From positions 996,880 to 1,060,879 of the forward strand of contig JALVSY010000007.1 in the NCBI GenBank assembly GCA_027036135.1: 64,000 nt of DNA. The letters run 5' to 3'. The DNA comes from Pyrodictiaceae archaeon. GTDB lineage: Archaea; Thermoproteota; Thermoprotei_A; Sulfolobales; Pyrodictiaceae. The notes under the pieces were generated by a model that did not search any database, was not told the origin of the DNA, and saw only the letters and a program-made list of their open reading frames with translations. This document shows positions 46,598-56,379 of the stretch, piece after piece; positions within the stretch are counted from its first letter, which is position 1; every line of letters begins with the position of its first letter. The translations under genes were made by a program, and so were the position numbers.

Positions 46598-48463
46598 TTA
46601 GGAGACTATGTAGAGGAACTCGTCTAGTCCGAGTCTCTTCAGAGTCTCCGGTGTTGGTTTGCCGTCTACCCATCCGCGGGCCTTGTAGTAAACTGGTAGG
46701 TAGGCCTCGAGCGCCTCCTTAGCGGTCTTGCCTTTGGCTGGGCCGTCGGGTAGTGGTTCCTCTAGTAGCCTCTTGGGCAGTGTGTCGTGGTACCCTGTTC
46801 CCTCTCTTACAGCGAAGAGCCTCTCAACGTTATAGATGCGCTCGCCCGTGGTTAGTAGCTCGTCAACTGTTAGGTCCTCCCAGCCCATAGCAGCCTTCAA
46901 TAGCTCCACGTAGTACTCGGGTGCATCAGCAAATGTATTGAACTTGCACACTACTAGGCTATCGATTACAGAGAAATAGTCTTGCTGCCACTTAACGAGC
47001 TCCGCCTTCTTCGGGTCAATCTTCAGTGGGTCGTACTTCTCTGGCACACCTAGTACGTCGAAGCTGACGCTATAAGCTCTTAGGTGGCATCCTCCCCTGT
47101 TAGACGTAGCGTAGCTTAGCGCCATGCTATTAATTGCTCTGGGGTCATAGGCTGGTAGCTCGAGGCCTTTGACATGGATGGCGCAATCTGGGCAGCCAAA
47201 GGCCTCGGCCAGTCTCTTAGCGCCCTCGGCTGTATATTCTCCTATTCCGTCGCGGTACGCGGTTTTCCATATCAGCCTTATTACCGCCTCTGCGTTGCCC
47301 CATGTGGGCTCAACGTCCTCGAGGAGGCTGAGGAGCTTCTCGGCCTTATCCTTGGGTAGTTCGCCTTTCTGCGCCTTCTCGTACAGCTCCATGAGGACTG
47401 CCGCGGTGTTGCCGAAGCTTATAGTGTCGAACCCCATGTCGTTGAGCAAGTAGTTTATCTTGATAATTGCCTCTATGTTGCCTATCAAGGTATTGGCTCC
47501 ATTGGCCCAGATTGTCTCGTACTCTGGGCCCTCTGATACCGGTGTGCGGTAAGGCCCGCTCTTCACCTCAGCTACCCTAGCGCAGCGGATTACACAGCCC
47601 CAGCAACCCTTGTTTGTCCTTAGGTAGTGCTCGGCGAGGTACTCGCCGCTAATATCGTAGGCCTTCTCAAAGGTTCCTCGTGTCCAGTTCTTGGTCGGGA
47701 GCCCGCCGTGCTCGTTTATAATATTGACCAGAACAGCTGTGCCGTACTTTGTCAGGGCCTGCTCAACGCTGTGTTCCATTATCTTCTTCGCTAGCTCCCT
47801 GGCGACCTGGGCGAACTTTGACCTATCGTATAGCTCTATCTTCCGGTGCCCATAGACGAATATTGCCTTGACCTTCTTCGCGCCCATTACCGCTCCTAGC
47901 CCGGTGCGGCCAGCTGCACGGTACTTGTCATTCATTATCGCTGCTATCTTTGAGAGGTTCTCGCCAGCAGGGCCTATAGCCATGACGCTGCCGAGATCGG
48001 GTTTGGTTATCCCCATTGTCTCTCTTATAACGTTCTCAGTGTGTATAACACCACGGCCCCATAGGTTCTTAGCGTCATGGAACTTAACTTCACCATCAAC
48101 TATGCTTATCCATACTGGCTCCTCGCTAACGCTCTCCAAGACTATTCCATCGTAGCCTGCGAAGCGTAGCCAGGGACCGAACTGTCCACCCGAGTTACTA
48201 TCACCGAGTATGCCCGTGAGAGGGCTCTTACCAATAACATGGTACCGGCCAGTCTCAACAGCAGCAGTGCCAGTGATTGGCCCGGTTAGTATGAAGAGCT
48301 TGTTCTCGGGGCCAAATGGGTCAGCGCCCTTGGGTATCTCCTTGAGTGCTAGGTAGGCTCCGAGGCCTCTGCCGCCGATGAAGCGGCGAAGCGTCTTCTC
48401 ATCAACTTTTTCTTCCCGCGTCTTCTGGGTCCAGAGGTTTATTCGTAGGAGTTTGAACTCCAC
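46598..48463 (-). CDS. aor: Tungsten-containing aldehyde:ferredoxin oxidoreductase
   Basis: IGGRGLG, KSPLTG, SNSGG, IGPAGEN, GRTGLGAVMG, CWGCVIRC, EGPEYET, DTISFG, RGGCH. Confidence 0.95.
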   Translation of the reverse strand: MEFKLLRINLWTQKTREEKVDEKTLRRFIGGRGLGAYLALKEIPKGADPFGPENKLFILTGPITGTAAVETGRYHVIGKSPLTGILGDSNSGGQFGPWLRFAGYDGIVLESVSEEPVWISIVDGEVKFHDAKNLWGRGVIHTENVIRETMGITKPDLGSVMAIGPAGENLSKIAAIMNDKYRAAGRTGLGAVMGAKKVKAIFVYGHRKIELYDRSKFAQVARELAKKIMEHSVEQALTKYGTAVLVNIINEHGGLPTKNWTRGTFEKAYDISGEYLAEHYLRTNKGCWGCVIRCARVAEVKSGPYRTPVSEGPEYETIWANGANTLIGNIEAIIKINYLLNDMGFDTISFGNTAAVLMELYEKAQKGELPKDKAEKLLSLLEDVEPTWGNAEAVIRLIWKTAYRDGIGEYTAEGAKRLAEAFGCPDCAIHVKGLELPAYDPRAINSMALSYATSNRGGCHLRAYSVSFDVLGVPEKYDPLKIDPKKAELVKWQQDYFSVIDSLVVCKFNTFADAPEYYVELLKAAMGWEDLTVDELLTTGERIYNVERLFAVREGTGYHDTLPKRLLEEPLPDGPAKGKTAKEALEAYLPVYYKARGWVDGKPTPETLKRLGLDEFLYIVS

Positions 48464-48557
48464 CTGTAGAGCACCATGTAATAACTAAGGGAGCTTATTA
48501 TAATAGGGTTCCCCAAACAAGGCCACTAGCTGTGCTTAACCCGGGTAAAAATCGGGC

Positions 48558-50111
48558 TCAGCAAGGCTCTATTGTTGAGGGAGGCTTCGTGGTGACAGCA
48601 TACGTTACCATGGTGACGCCGGGTACCTCGCTCGTAATCCTCCAAGCTATCTTGTCGAGGACCTCGTAGGGTATACGGGCCCAGTCAGCGGTCATCCCAT
48701 CATCGCTCAGTACTATGCGGACAATTACTATCCTGCCAATAGCTCTCTGGTCGCCCTTAACACCGACCCACTCATCGTCGCCCACTACGGCGAATGCCTG
48801 CCACACATCATAGTATAGGCCTGCTTTCTTTAGCTCCTCCTCAACTATCCAAGAAGCCTCCCTTACTACGCGGAGCTTCTCCTCGGTAACCTCGCCTATG
48901 ACTCGGACAGCGAGCCCAGGGCCGGGGAATGGGTGGCGATAAGCATAGCTACGTGGAACGCCTAGCGCCATGGCTATTCTTCTTACCTCGTCCTTGTAGA
49001 AGTATCTTAGGGGCTCAAGCACCCTTAGGCCAAGCTTCTCGGGCAAACCGCCCACGTTATGATGACTCTTTATCCGGTCAGCTCCGGGCACGGCACCGCT
49101 CTCGATAACGTCTGGATAAGTTGTTCCCTGGGCAAGCCACTTTATAGCCGGGTCTCTTCTCGCTATTTCCTCGAATATCTCCACGAAGGTTCTCCCAATG
49201 ATCCTGCGCTTCTCCTCGCAGTCTCTTACTCCTCGTAGCCTCTCAAGGAAGAGCCTAGATGCGTCAACGTATATGGGCTCGATGCCGAGGCTCCTTAGAA
49301 GCCCTAGTACCTCCTTGGCCTCGCCCTTGCGGAGCAGTCCGTGGTTAACAAACACGGCTACCAAGCGGTCACCTATAGCCTTCTTCACGAGCAATGCGGT
49401 AGTTGTTGAGTCAACGCCGCCACTAACAGCTACAAGAACTTTCTCATCGTGGCCGATCCTTGCCCTAATCTCCTCAACGAGTTTCTCAACTATGTTCTCG
49501 GGTCTCCAGTTCTTCTCCAACCCGGCCACAAGGGATACGAAGTTATCGAGGAGCAGCCTGCCTTTCGGAGTGTGGCTAACCTCTGGGTGGAACTGAACAC
49601 CATAGATTGGCTTATCTCTTAGCCTGAACGCGGCTATGTACCCGGTATCCTTGGAGACAGCTAATACCTCTGCGCTATCGGGGAGCGAGGCCACGTAGTC
49701 CCCGTGGCTCATCCACGTCTCTTCCTCAAGGCCCCATCCCTGGAACAAGGGGTCATCGCGCCGTAGCACTCTTATCCATGTACGCCCATACTCGCCGGGC
49801 CCTTTCTCAACACGGCCACCAATCATTGTCGCGAGTAATTGGTGGCCGTAGCAAATCCCTAGCACGGGGACATCGAGCCTGAGCACCCAGTCACCTATAC
49901 GTGGCGCGCCGGGCTCATGGACGCTACGAGGACCACCTGAGAGAACTACAGCGTCAGCCCCGAGCTCCCCAACTTTCTCCGGGCTAGCCTCGTAGTAATG
50001 AAGTATCTCTGTGTAGACACCGAGCTCCCTAAGCCTACGAGATATCAAGTGCGCGTATTGTCCACCAAAATTAATAACGATAACGGTGCTGTACTTTCCG
50101 CTAATTCGCAT
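48558..50111 (-). CDS. guaA: GMP synthase, fused glutaminase + ATP pyrophosphatase
   Basis: FGGQYAHLI, GICYGHQ, QFHPEV, SGGVDS, KSHHNVGG, HPFPGPG, KPPSTIE. Confidence 0.97.
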   Translation of the reverse strand: MRISGKYSTVIVINFGGQYAHLISRRLRELGVYTEILHYYEASPEKVGELGADAVVLSGGPRSVHEPGAPRIGDWVLRLDVPVLGICYGHQLLATMIGGRVEKGPGEYGRTWIRVLRRDDPLFQGWGLEEETWMSHGDYVASLPDSAEVLAVSKDTGYIAAFRLRDKPIYGVQFHPEVSHTPKGRLLLDNFVSLVAGLEKNWRPENIVEKLVEEIRARIGHDEKVLVAVSGGVDSTTTALLVKKAIGDRLVAVFVNHGLLRKGEAKEVLGLLRSLGIEPIYVDASRLFLERLRGVRDCEEKRRIIGRTFVEIFEEIARRDPAIKWLAQGTTYPDVIESGAVPGADRIKSHHNVGGLPEKLGLRVLEPLRYFYKDEVRRIAMALGVPRSYAYRHPFPGPGLAVRVIGEVTEEKLRVVREASWIVEEELKKAGLYYDVWQAFAVVGDDEWVGVKGDQRAIGRIVIVRIVLSDDGMTADWARIPYEVLDKIAWRITSEVPGVTMVTYAVTTKPPSTIEPC

Positions 50112-50305
50112 ACCTAGGACTTCCTCCAGCAGCGGCTACCATCTCGTGTAGCATGTGTCTCTGGGTCTCAGCCTTATTAGCCTAGGTGTATAAGAGGAAA
50201 CAAGACACGTTGTTACATAATGTGATATAAAAACGATGAATAAGCATTGATGCAGCTAGGCGTTATTTTAGGCCTATGCCTCGGGAATACCCTAAGCGGT
50301 GAACA

Positions 50306-51667
50306 ATGAAGGAGCGCTCCCCGGTCTGTGTCTATGAGTGGCGCTACGGAAGCCAGGAGATGAGGCAGGTATTCTCCCGCGACAACATGGTTGAGACATA
50401 TAAGCGTGTTGAGCTAGCCCTATTAGAGAGCCTCGTAGAGCTAGGCGTTGCTCCTCCAAAGGCTCTTGACGAAGCGAAGAAGGCAGCCTCCAAGCTAAGC
50501 GCGATACAAGTCTATGATGAGGAGAAAAAGAGGGGCCATGACATAGCATCACTAGTATTCCTCATGGGTAGGCTCGGCGGCGAAGAAGCTGCCCGCTGGA
50601 TACACTTCGGCGCAACAAGCAACGATGTAATCGATACCGCCTGGGCACTAGTTATTCGGGACGCACTTAGTATTGTTAAGAAGAGGCTAAGACTCCTAAT
50701 AGAGAAGCTAGTAGTCCTTGCTGAGAAGCATAGATACACCGTCATGCCCGGGCGCACTCATGGCCAGCACGCAACACCGATAACACTCGGGTTCAAGGTA
50801 GCGAACTACGTCTACGAGCTAGCTCGTAGCTACGAGAGAATATGTGACGCGGAGAAGAGGATTCTCCGCGTAAAGCTAGGTGGAGCAACAGGAACCATGG
50901 CTAGCTGGAATGGCTACGGCCTCGAGCTCCGCAAAGCCTTCGCCTCAAAACTCGGCCTAGAACCACACATTATATCAACACAGGTTGCGCCCCGCGACGG
51001 CTTCGCAGAGCTAGCAGCAGTACTAGCAATACTAGCTAGTACTCTTGATCGCTTCGCCGTAGAGATTAGAGAACTAGCGAGACCAGAGATCCACGAGCTA
51101 TGGGAGGAAAGGGGCAGTGCTATTGGGAGTAGCGCGATGCCCCAGAAAGCGAACCCCGTCACAGCTGAGAGGATAAGCGGCCTAGCAAGGATAGCTAGGA
51201 GCCTCGTGCACGTCTTCTTAGAAAACATGGTGCTCTGGCACGAGAGAGACTTAACGAATAGTAGCTCCGAGCGAGTAGCAATACCACATCTCTTCCTAAC
51301 AATAGACCAAATACTCATCGATGCTAATAATCTTGTTGATAGGCTACGCGTAGACAGAGACAAGATGAAGAGAAACTTGTACCTAACAATGGCCACAGCA
51401 ACCACGGAGGCGTTAATGAACCTCCTCATACAGCGAGCAAGACTGAGCCGCGAGGAGGCATACAGTCTAGCACGCAAAGCAGCGCAAAAAGCACTACAGG
51501 ATCAAAAACCATTATGGATCGCGGCAAGCGAGCTACCCGAGATAAGAAAGCACCTGGAAGACGTCGATCTAGAGGAGGTACTACGCCCAGAGAACTACAT
51601 CGGTGAAGCACCACGCCTAGTAAGCGAGGCAACAAGCTACGCAAGAGCCGTGCTCAAGGAGTGCTAG
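50306..51667 (+). CDS. purB: Adenylosuccinate lyase
   Basis: HFGATSND, GRTHGQHA, GSSAMPQKANP, HERDLTNSS. Confidence 0.96.
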   Translation: MKERSPVCVYEWRYGSQEMRQVFSRDNMVETYKRVELALLESLVELGVAPPKALDEAKKAASKLSAIQVYDEEKKRGHDIASLVFLMGRLGGEEAARWIHFGATSNDVIDTAWALVIRDALSIVKKRLRLLIEKLVVLAEKHRYTVMPGRTHGQHATPITLGFKVANYVYELARSYERICDAEKRILRVKLGGATGTMASWNGYGLELRKAFASKLGLEPHIISTQVAPRDGFAELAAVLAILASTLDRFAVEIRELARPEIHELWEERGSAIGSSAMPQKANPVTAERISGLARIARSLVHVFLENMVLWHERDLTNSSSERVAIPHLFLTIDQILIDANNLVDRLRVDRDKMKRNLYLTMATATTEALMNLLIQRARLSREEAYSLARKAAQKALQDQKPLWIAASELPEIRKHLEDVDLEEVLRPENYIGEAPRLVSEATSYARAVLKEC

Positions 51668-52377
51668 GATAGCTCCAAAAGGGCATGGACATCGCTTATA
51701 CCAAGTCTCTCTAAGCGCTTCCTCCACTCAGAACCGATAGCTATAACGACGACCGCTCCGACGACCTTGCCTCCTGCTCTCTTAACGGCTTTTGCAAGAG
51801 CCTCGAATGTGGCACCAGTACGAGCAAAGTCATCGACGAGTAGCACCTTGGATCCCTCAGACAGAGAGTCTCTGGGCACGTAGAACACCTTTACACCGAA
51901 AGGTTGCTCGCCGCCTTCGCTCCTAATGTACTCCCGGCCAGGGCTACCAGGATGACGCCTAGCCAGTACAAGGCGTGCATCAAGAGCCAGCGCTACCAGT
52001 GTGGCCAGGGGTACACCTATAGTCTCAGCTGATAGGACAGTGTCAACCCTTTCCTTATACTTGTACTCAGTCCATGCCGAGACTAGGCGCAGTACAAGAG
52101 GATCAAGCATAACGTACTCTAGGTCAGCTATGCTTCTCGTGGCTCTTAGACGCGAAGCTATCAATGATGCGAGATTTATTCTACTAAGGATAGTATTGAG
52201 GATTACTCGTGCCTGTGATGGGCTTGGTATTCTAGCACCTGTCGCGTACTGGGCTAGGACGTTCCTTGATATACCGAGCAGTTTCTCGAGCTCAGCATAG
52301 CTCATATCCCGGTGTAGTAGTCTTAGGATCTCTACTACGCTTAGCTGAAGCCGAAGTGTGTCAATCTTCTTAGCCAT
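51664..52377 (-). CDS. HTH + phosphoribosyltransferase fusion (PurR-like regulator candidate)
   Basis: N-terminal HTH (MSYAELEKLLGISRNVLAQYATG) and PRPP loop VLLVDDFARTGAT. Confidence 0.85.
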   Translation of the reverse strand: MAKKIDTLRLQLSVVEILRLLHRDMSYAELEKLLGISRNVLAQYATGARIPSPSQARVILNTILSRINLASLIASRLRATRSIADLEYVMLDPLVLRLVSAWTEYKYKERVDTVLSAETIGVPLATLVALALDARLVLARRHPGSPGREYIRSEGGEQPFGVKVFYVPRDSLSEGSKVLLVDDFARTGATFEALAKAVKRAGGKVVGAVVVIAIGSEWRKRLERLGISDVHALLELS

Positions 52378-52440
52378 GTCTAGGACACCGTTACTCGCTC
52401 AAGACAATAAAGCATTTAGAAAGGCTTAGTTATGCCTATC

Positions 52441-52458
52441 TTTACTTAGCTAAGTAAA
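52441..52458. promoter_or_regulatory. Perfect 18-bp palindrome, candidate operator
   Basis: TTTACTTAGCTAAGTAAA between the divergent regulator and purC; TATA-like TTAAAAA lies ~25 nt downstream. Confidence 0.65.
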
Positions 52459-52532
52459 TAGAATGAAGTAGCGCAATAAGGGTTAAAAAGAGTCTCAATC
52501 CGTAACCGCGTAAAATAGGGGCTAATAGGGCC

Positions 52533-53267
52533 TTGAGCACCAAGCCACAAGAGCTTTCTCTGCTTTACGAGGGCAAGTCAAAAAAGCTATACAAGGTGAG
52601 CGCTAACGAGGCAATAATGGTGTTTAAGGACGAAGTAACAGCATACAACGGGAAATACCACGACATAGTCCCTGGTAAGGGACTATACTCCGCCATACTT
52701 AGCTCAAAGCTCTTCGAGGTACTCGAGCAAAACAACATAGGAACCCACTACCTATGCTACATGGGCGGTAACAAGGTCAAGGTAAGGATACACAAGGTAC
52801 TCCCCATAGAAGTCATAGTGAGGAACTATGCATATGGGAGTATGCTGAAAAGGCTACCGCTACTAAGAGAACTCGAGCCCATAAACCCACCACTAGTAGA
52901 GTACCACTACAAAGACGATCGCCTCGGAGACCCCCTGGTTCATCCACGCGACCTTGTTATAGCAGGGCTAGTCAACAGCGACGAGCTCGAGGAGCTAGAG
53001 AACCTGGCCATAAGAACGAACGAGATCCTCAAAAGGTTCTGGGAAGATAGAGGACTAAAGCTAATCGACTTCAAAATAGAGGTAGCCAAGACGAGGAAAG
53101 GCCTAGTAATCGTTGACGAGATAACAGGCGACTCTATGAGGCTGCTTGACGAGAAAGGAGCACACCTTGACAAGGAGATCTACCGGAGAACAAGGAACAC
53201 CAAGGCCCTTCTCTCAGCCTACCAGCGCCTAGCCGAACTAGCAGGCTCTCCTATGAGGAGGTGCTAA
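52533..53267 (+). CDS. purC: SAICAR synthetase
   Basis: LYEGKSKKLY, FKDEVTA, PIEVIVRN, IDFKIE, DEITGDSMR, LDK. Confidence 0.95.
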   Translation: MSTKPQELSLLYEGKSKKLYKVSANEAIMVFKDEVTAYNGKYHDIVPGKGLYSAILSSKLFEVLEQNNIGTHYLCYMGGNKVKVRIHKVLPIEVIVRNYAYGSMLKRLPLLRELEPINPPLVEYHYKDDRLGDPLVHPRDLVIAGLVNSDELEELENLAIRTNEILKRFWEDRGLKLIDFKIEVAKTRKGLVIVDEITGDSMRLLDEKGAHLDKEIYRRTRNTKALLSAYQRLAELAGSPMRRC

Positions 53268-53275
53268 TAATAACC

Positions 53276-53560
53276 ATGCCTGTTTATAGAGTGCTCATGG
53301 TCGTAACCAATAAGGAAGCTGCACGAGACCCCGAAGGAGAAACGTTAGCGCACGAGCTAAGAAAACAAGGGTACAGCTACATAGTATCGCTGAGGGCTGG
53401 AAAATCCTACATAGTTGATATCGAGGCTGCTAGCGCTGAGAAAGCCATTCTCCTCGTAAAGGAGCTCGCTTCTAGGTCAAGGCTCTATAACCCAGTAGTG
53501 CATGATCTCCGGGTGCTCCTCCTTGCCGAGAATAGCCGTGGTAAAGTATCCGGGGACTAA
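53276..53560 (+). CDS. purS: FGAM synthase subunit PurS
   Basis: RDPEGET, RAGK, LYNPVVH. Confidence 0.9.
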   Translation: MPVYRVLMVVTNKEAARDPEGETLAHELRKQGYSYIVSLRAGKSYIVDIEAASAEKAILLVKELASRSRLYNPVVHDLRVLLLAENSRGKVSGD

Positions 53561-54197
53561 CTGCGAGGAGGAAACAGCGTTCGCCGTGAAACAAGTAGCA
53601 GGGCTTGAGTCCAGCATAGTGTGGCATACCGAGCTTCACTGGAGACTATGGGATGCCATAATAATACCTGGAGGCTTTAGCTATGGAGACTATGGCCGCG
53701 CCGGCTTAATAGCTTCTTGGACTAAGTCGATCGACGAGATAAGAGAGGCTATCGACAACGGGACCCCAGTCCTAGGCATATGTAATGGGTTCCAAGTACT
53801 AGTGGAGGCAGGTATACTGCCCGGAGCCTTGCTAGCCAACAGCAATGGATCCTTTATTGCTAGGTGGTTATGGCTCCGAATACGCCGTCCCCGTGGCCCC
53901 TGGTTATCCGTGGCAACAGAGTCACAGCTGGTCTCAATGCCGATAGCTCACGCCGAAGGACGCTACTATGTAAACAACCTAGACGAAGTAAGGCAAGGGC
54001 CTTGGATAGAGTACTTAGAGAACCCTAATGGGAGCATAGCCAACCTTGCCGGGGTATCGTCTCACGACGGCCTAGTTCTCGGCCTAATGCCTCATCCCGA
54101 GAGAGCAGCCTTCCCATGGCAAGCCCCGCCAGGCTACACAGCTGGTGGACGCCTCATCTTCGAGAGCATATCCCAGAGTCTGAGAAACGGTTGGTGA
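53523..54197 (+). CDS. purQ: FGAM synthase glutaminase subunit (likely TTG start at 53523)
   Basis: YPGTNCEEE, PGGFSYGDY, GICNGFQ, HAEG, MPHPER. Confidence 0.95.
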   Translation: MPRIAVVKYPGTNCEEETAFAVKQVAGLESSIVWHTELHWRLWDAIIIPGGFSYGDYGRAGLIASWTKSIDEIREAIDNGTPVLGICNGFQVLVEAGILPGALLANSNGSFIARWLWLRIRRPRGPWLSVATESQLVSMPIAHAEGRYYVNNLDEVRQGPWIEYLENPNGSIANLAGVSSHDGLVLGLMPHPERAAFPWQAPPGYTAGGRLIFESISQSLRNGW

Positions 54198-54205
54198 TCC
54201 GCACT

Positions 54206-56377
54206 ATGCCGTTAGCGCCCGAGGAGATAGAATACGTGAGAAAGGCCCTAGGCAGAGAGCCAAGCCGAGAAGAGCTAGCAATACTTGAAGCCGAGTGGAG
54301 CGAACACTGCAGCTATAAGAGCACAAAGAAGCTCCTAAGAACGCTCCCAACAAAGGCTCCATGGGTGCTAGTAGAGCCTGGCCGAGACGCAGGCGCAATA
54401 AGGCTCTTCGATGACGTGGCCCTAGTAGCCCGCATAGAGAGCCACAATCATCCATCAGCTATTGATCCATACAATGGAGCGGCTACTGGTATCGGAGGAA
54501 TAATACGCGATGTGCTCAGCCTAGGCGCTAAGCCAGTACTCCTGCTCGATTCACTGTACCTTGGCTGCCTAGATGATGACTATGCTCGGTGGCTAGCTAA
54601 GGGAATAGTAAAGGGGATAAGCGACTACGGTAACAGGGTAGGTGTCCCAACAGCAGCTGGTCAAACCTGGTTCGCAAAGACATATAACAAGCAACCCCTG
54701 GTCAATGTCGCCTGCATAGGCCTTGTACACCCCGGCAAGATTCTTGAGGGAAGAGTAGAGCCCGGCGACATCATAGTACTTGCTGGCAACACTACGGGGC
54801 GAGACGGTCTCCTGGGAAGTAGCTTTGCTAGTAAGCCTCTCAGCGGCAACGAGGAAGACCTAGCAGCTATACAAGTTGGAAACCCATTCCTCGAGAAACT
54901 ACTAATAGATGCTCTCCAAGAAGCTTTCAAGAAACACGTACTAAGACACGTGAAGGATCTAGGCGGTGGAGGCCTAGCAACAGCTATTATTGAGACGGCT
55001 GCGCAAAACAATGTAGGATTCCGCGTCCACCTAGACAGGGTGCACCTAAGAGAGCACGATCTCTCAGCAGTAGAGATAATAGTGTCTGAGAGCCAGGAAC
55101 GAATGCTCCTTGTTCCATACCGTGATAAGCTCGGGGAACTATTAGAGATCCTTGATAGATATGGTGTAGAGTACAGCGTAATAGGCTACTTCACGAGGAG
55201 CAAGAGAGCAGTATTCCTTTACAGGGGCATACCCGTCGCCGATCTTCCTGTAGAACTAGCAGTAAACCCACCAACTCCGCGTAGGGAGATTAACCCTCTT
55301 CCCCCGCCTCCACCTCTCCCAAAGCTTGAGGCCGATATCGTTGATACGTTGATAAGAGTTCTACGAAGTCCCAGGGTAGGCTCTAAGGCATGGATATACG
55401 AGAGCTATGACTGGGGAGTCGGTGGCAGAACGATAGGTGTACCGGGAGCCTATGACGCAGCGGTCATATGGCTGAGAGATGGAACGCTCCGAGGCTTCGC
55501 GGCGGCTCTTCACGGTAATCCACGCTACACGAGACTTGACCCGTTCCGTGGAGCTGCTCTTAGCCTCGCAGAAGCGTATCGCAAGGTAGCGAGTGTAGGC
55601 GCCGAGCCCCTGGCTGTCCTCGATAACGTGAACTCGGGTAACCCAGAGAAGCCGTGGCAACATGCATACACGGCTGCGATGATAGAGGGCTTGGCATGGA
55701 TGGCCCGGGGCCTCGGGCTCCCTGTCATAGGAGGAAATGTGAGTCTTTATAACGAGGACTCCGAGGGCAACATGATAGACCCCGTTACCAGCGTCCTAGT
55801 AGTTGGCCGCGTAAGTGATGTATCTAAAGTGTTCCCTAACTCGCTGCAGGGTTGCGGCCCAGTTCTATTAGCAGGTATTACTGAGCCAGAGCTAGGCGGT
55901 AGCGAGGTGGCAGAAATAATCCTAGGTAAACCGGTGGGCCGCCCTCCTAAGCCGAGGCCATCCATGGAGAAGCGCGTAGCGCAGCTCGCAAAACTGCTTG
56001 CCCAAGAGCAGCTAGCTTGTAGCGCTCATAGCGTCGGTATTGGCGGCGTACTAGTCGCATTAGCGAAGATGACTATACGTGGGCGCCGAGGCCTCGAGGT
56101 CTCTCTCAAAACAGTCTGTGAGAAGTGTACAGCGTTTGAGGCAGCATTCTCGGAGACTCCTGCCAGAATACTCTTTGAGGTAAAGGAGGACAAGCTAGAT
56201 CTTGTTTATGAGTATGCAGCCAAGCTAGGTGTCCCAGTAAAAATAGTGGCTATGCCAATAAAACAAGAAAAGCTAGTAATCAAGATAAACAACTACATGC
56301 ATCAAATCAGCATTGATACCCTCGTAGAGGCCTATACATGGGCCGAGAAAAACCTTGTCAGACCCAAGGGCGACTAG
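54206..56377 (+). CDS. purL: FGAM synthase subunit PurL (start 54194 or 54206)
   Basis: WSEHCSYKS, ESHNHPS, DLGGGG, SESQERM, GGNVSLYN. Confidence 0.96.
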   Translation: MPLAPEEIEYVRKALGREPSREELAILEAEWSEHCSYKSTKKLLRTLPTKAPWVLVEPGRDAGAIRLFDDVALVARIESHNHPSAIDPYNGAATGIGGIIRDVLSLGAKPVLLLDSLYLGCLDDDYARWLAKGIVKGISDYGNRVGVPTAAGQTWFAKTYNKQPLVNVACIGLVHPGKILEGRVEPGDIIVLAGNTTGRDGLLGSSFASKPLSGNEEDLAAIQVGNPFLEKLLIDALQEAFKKHVLRHVKDLGGGGLATAIIETAAQNNVGFRVHLDRVHLREHDLSAVEIIVSESQERMLLVPYRDKLGELLEILDRYGVEYSVIGYFTRSKRAVFLYRGIPVADLPVELAVNPPTPRREINPLPPPPPLPKLEADIVDTLIRVLRSPRVGSKAWIYESYDWGVGGRTIGVPGAYDAAVIWLRDGTLRGFAAALHGNPRYTRLDPFRGAALSLAEAYRKVASVGAEPLAVLDNVNSGNPEKPWQHAYTAAMIEGLAWMARGLGLPVIGGNVSLYNEDSEGNMIDPVTSVLVVGRVSDVSKVFPNSLQGCGPVLLAGITEPELGGSEVAEIILGKPVGRPPKPRPSMEKRVAQLAKLLAQEQLACSAHSVGIGGVLVALAKMTIRGRRGLEVSLKTVCEKCTAFEAAFSETPARILFEVKEDKLDLVYEYAAKLGVPVKIVAMPIKQEKLVIKINNYMHQISIDTLVEAYTWAEKNLVRPKGD

Positions 56378-56379
56378 CT

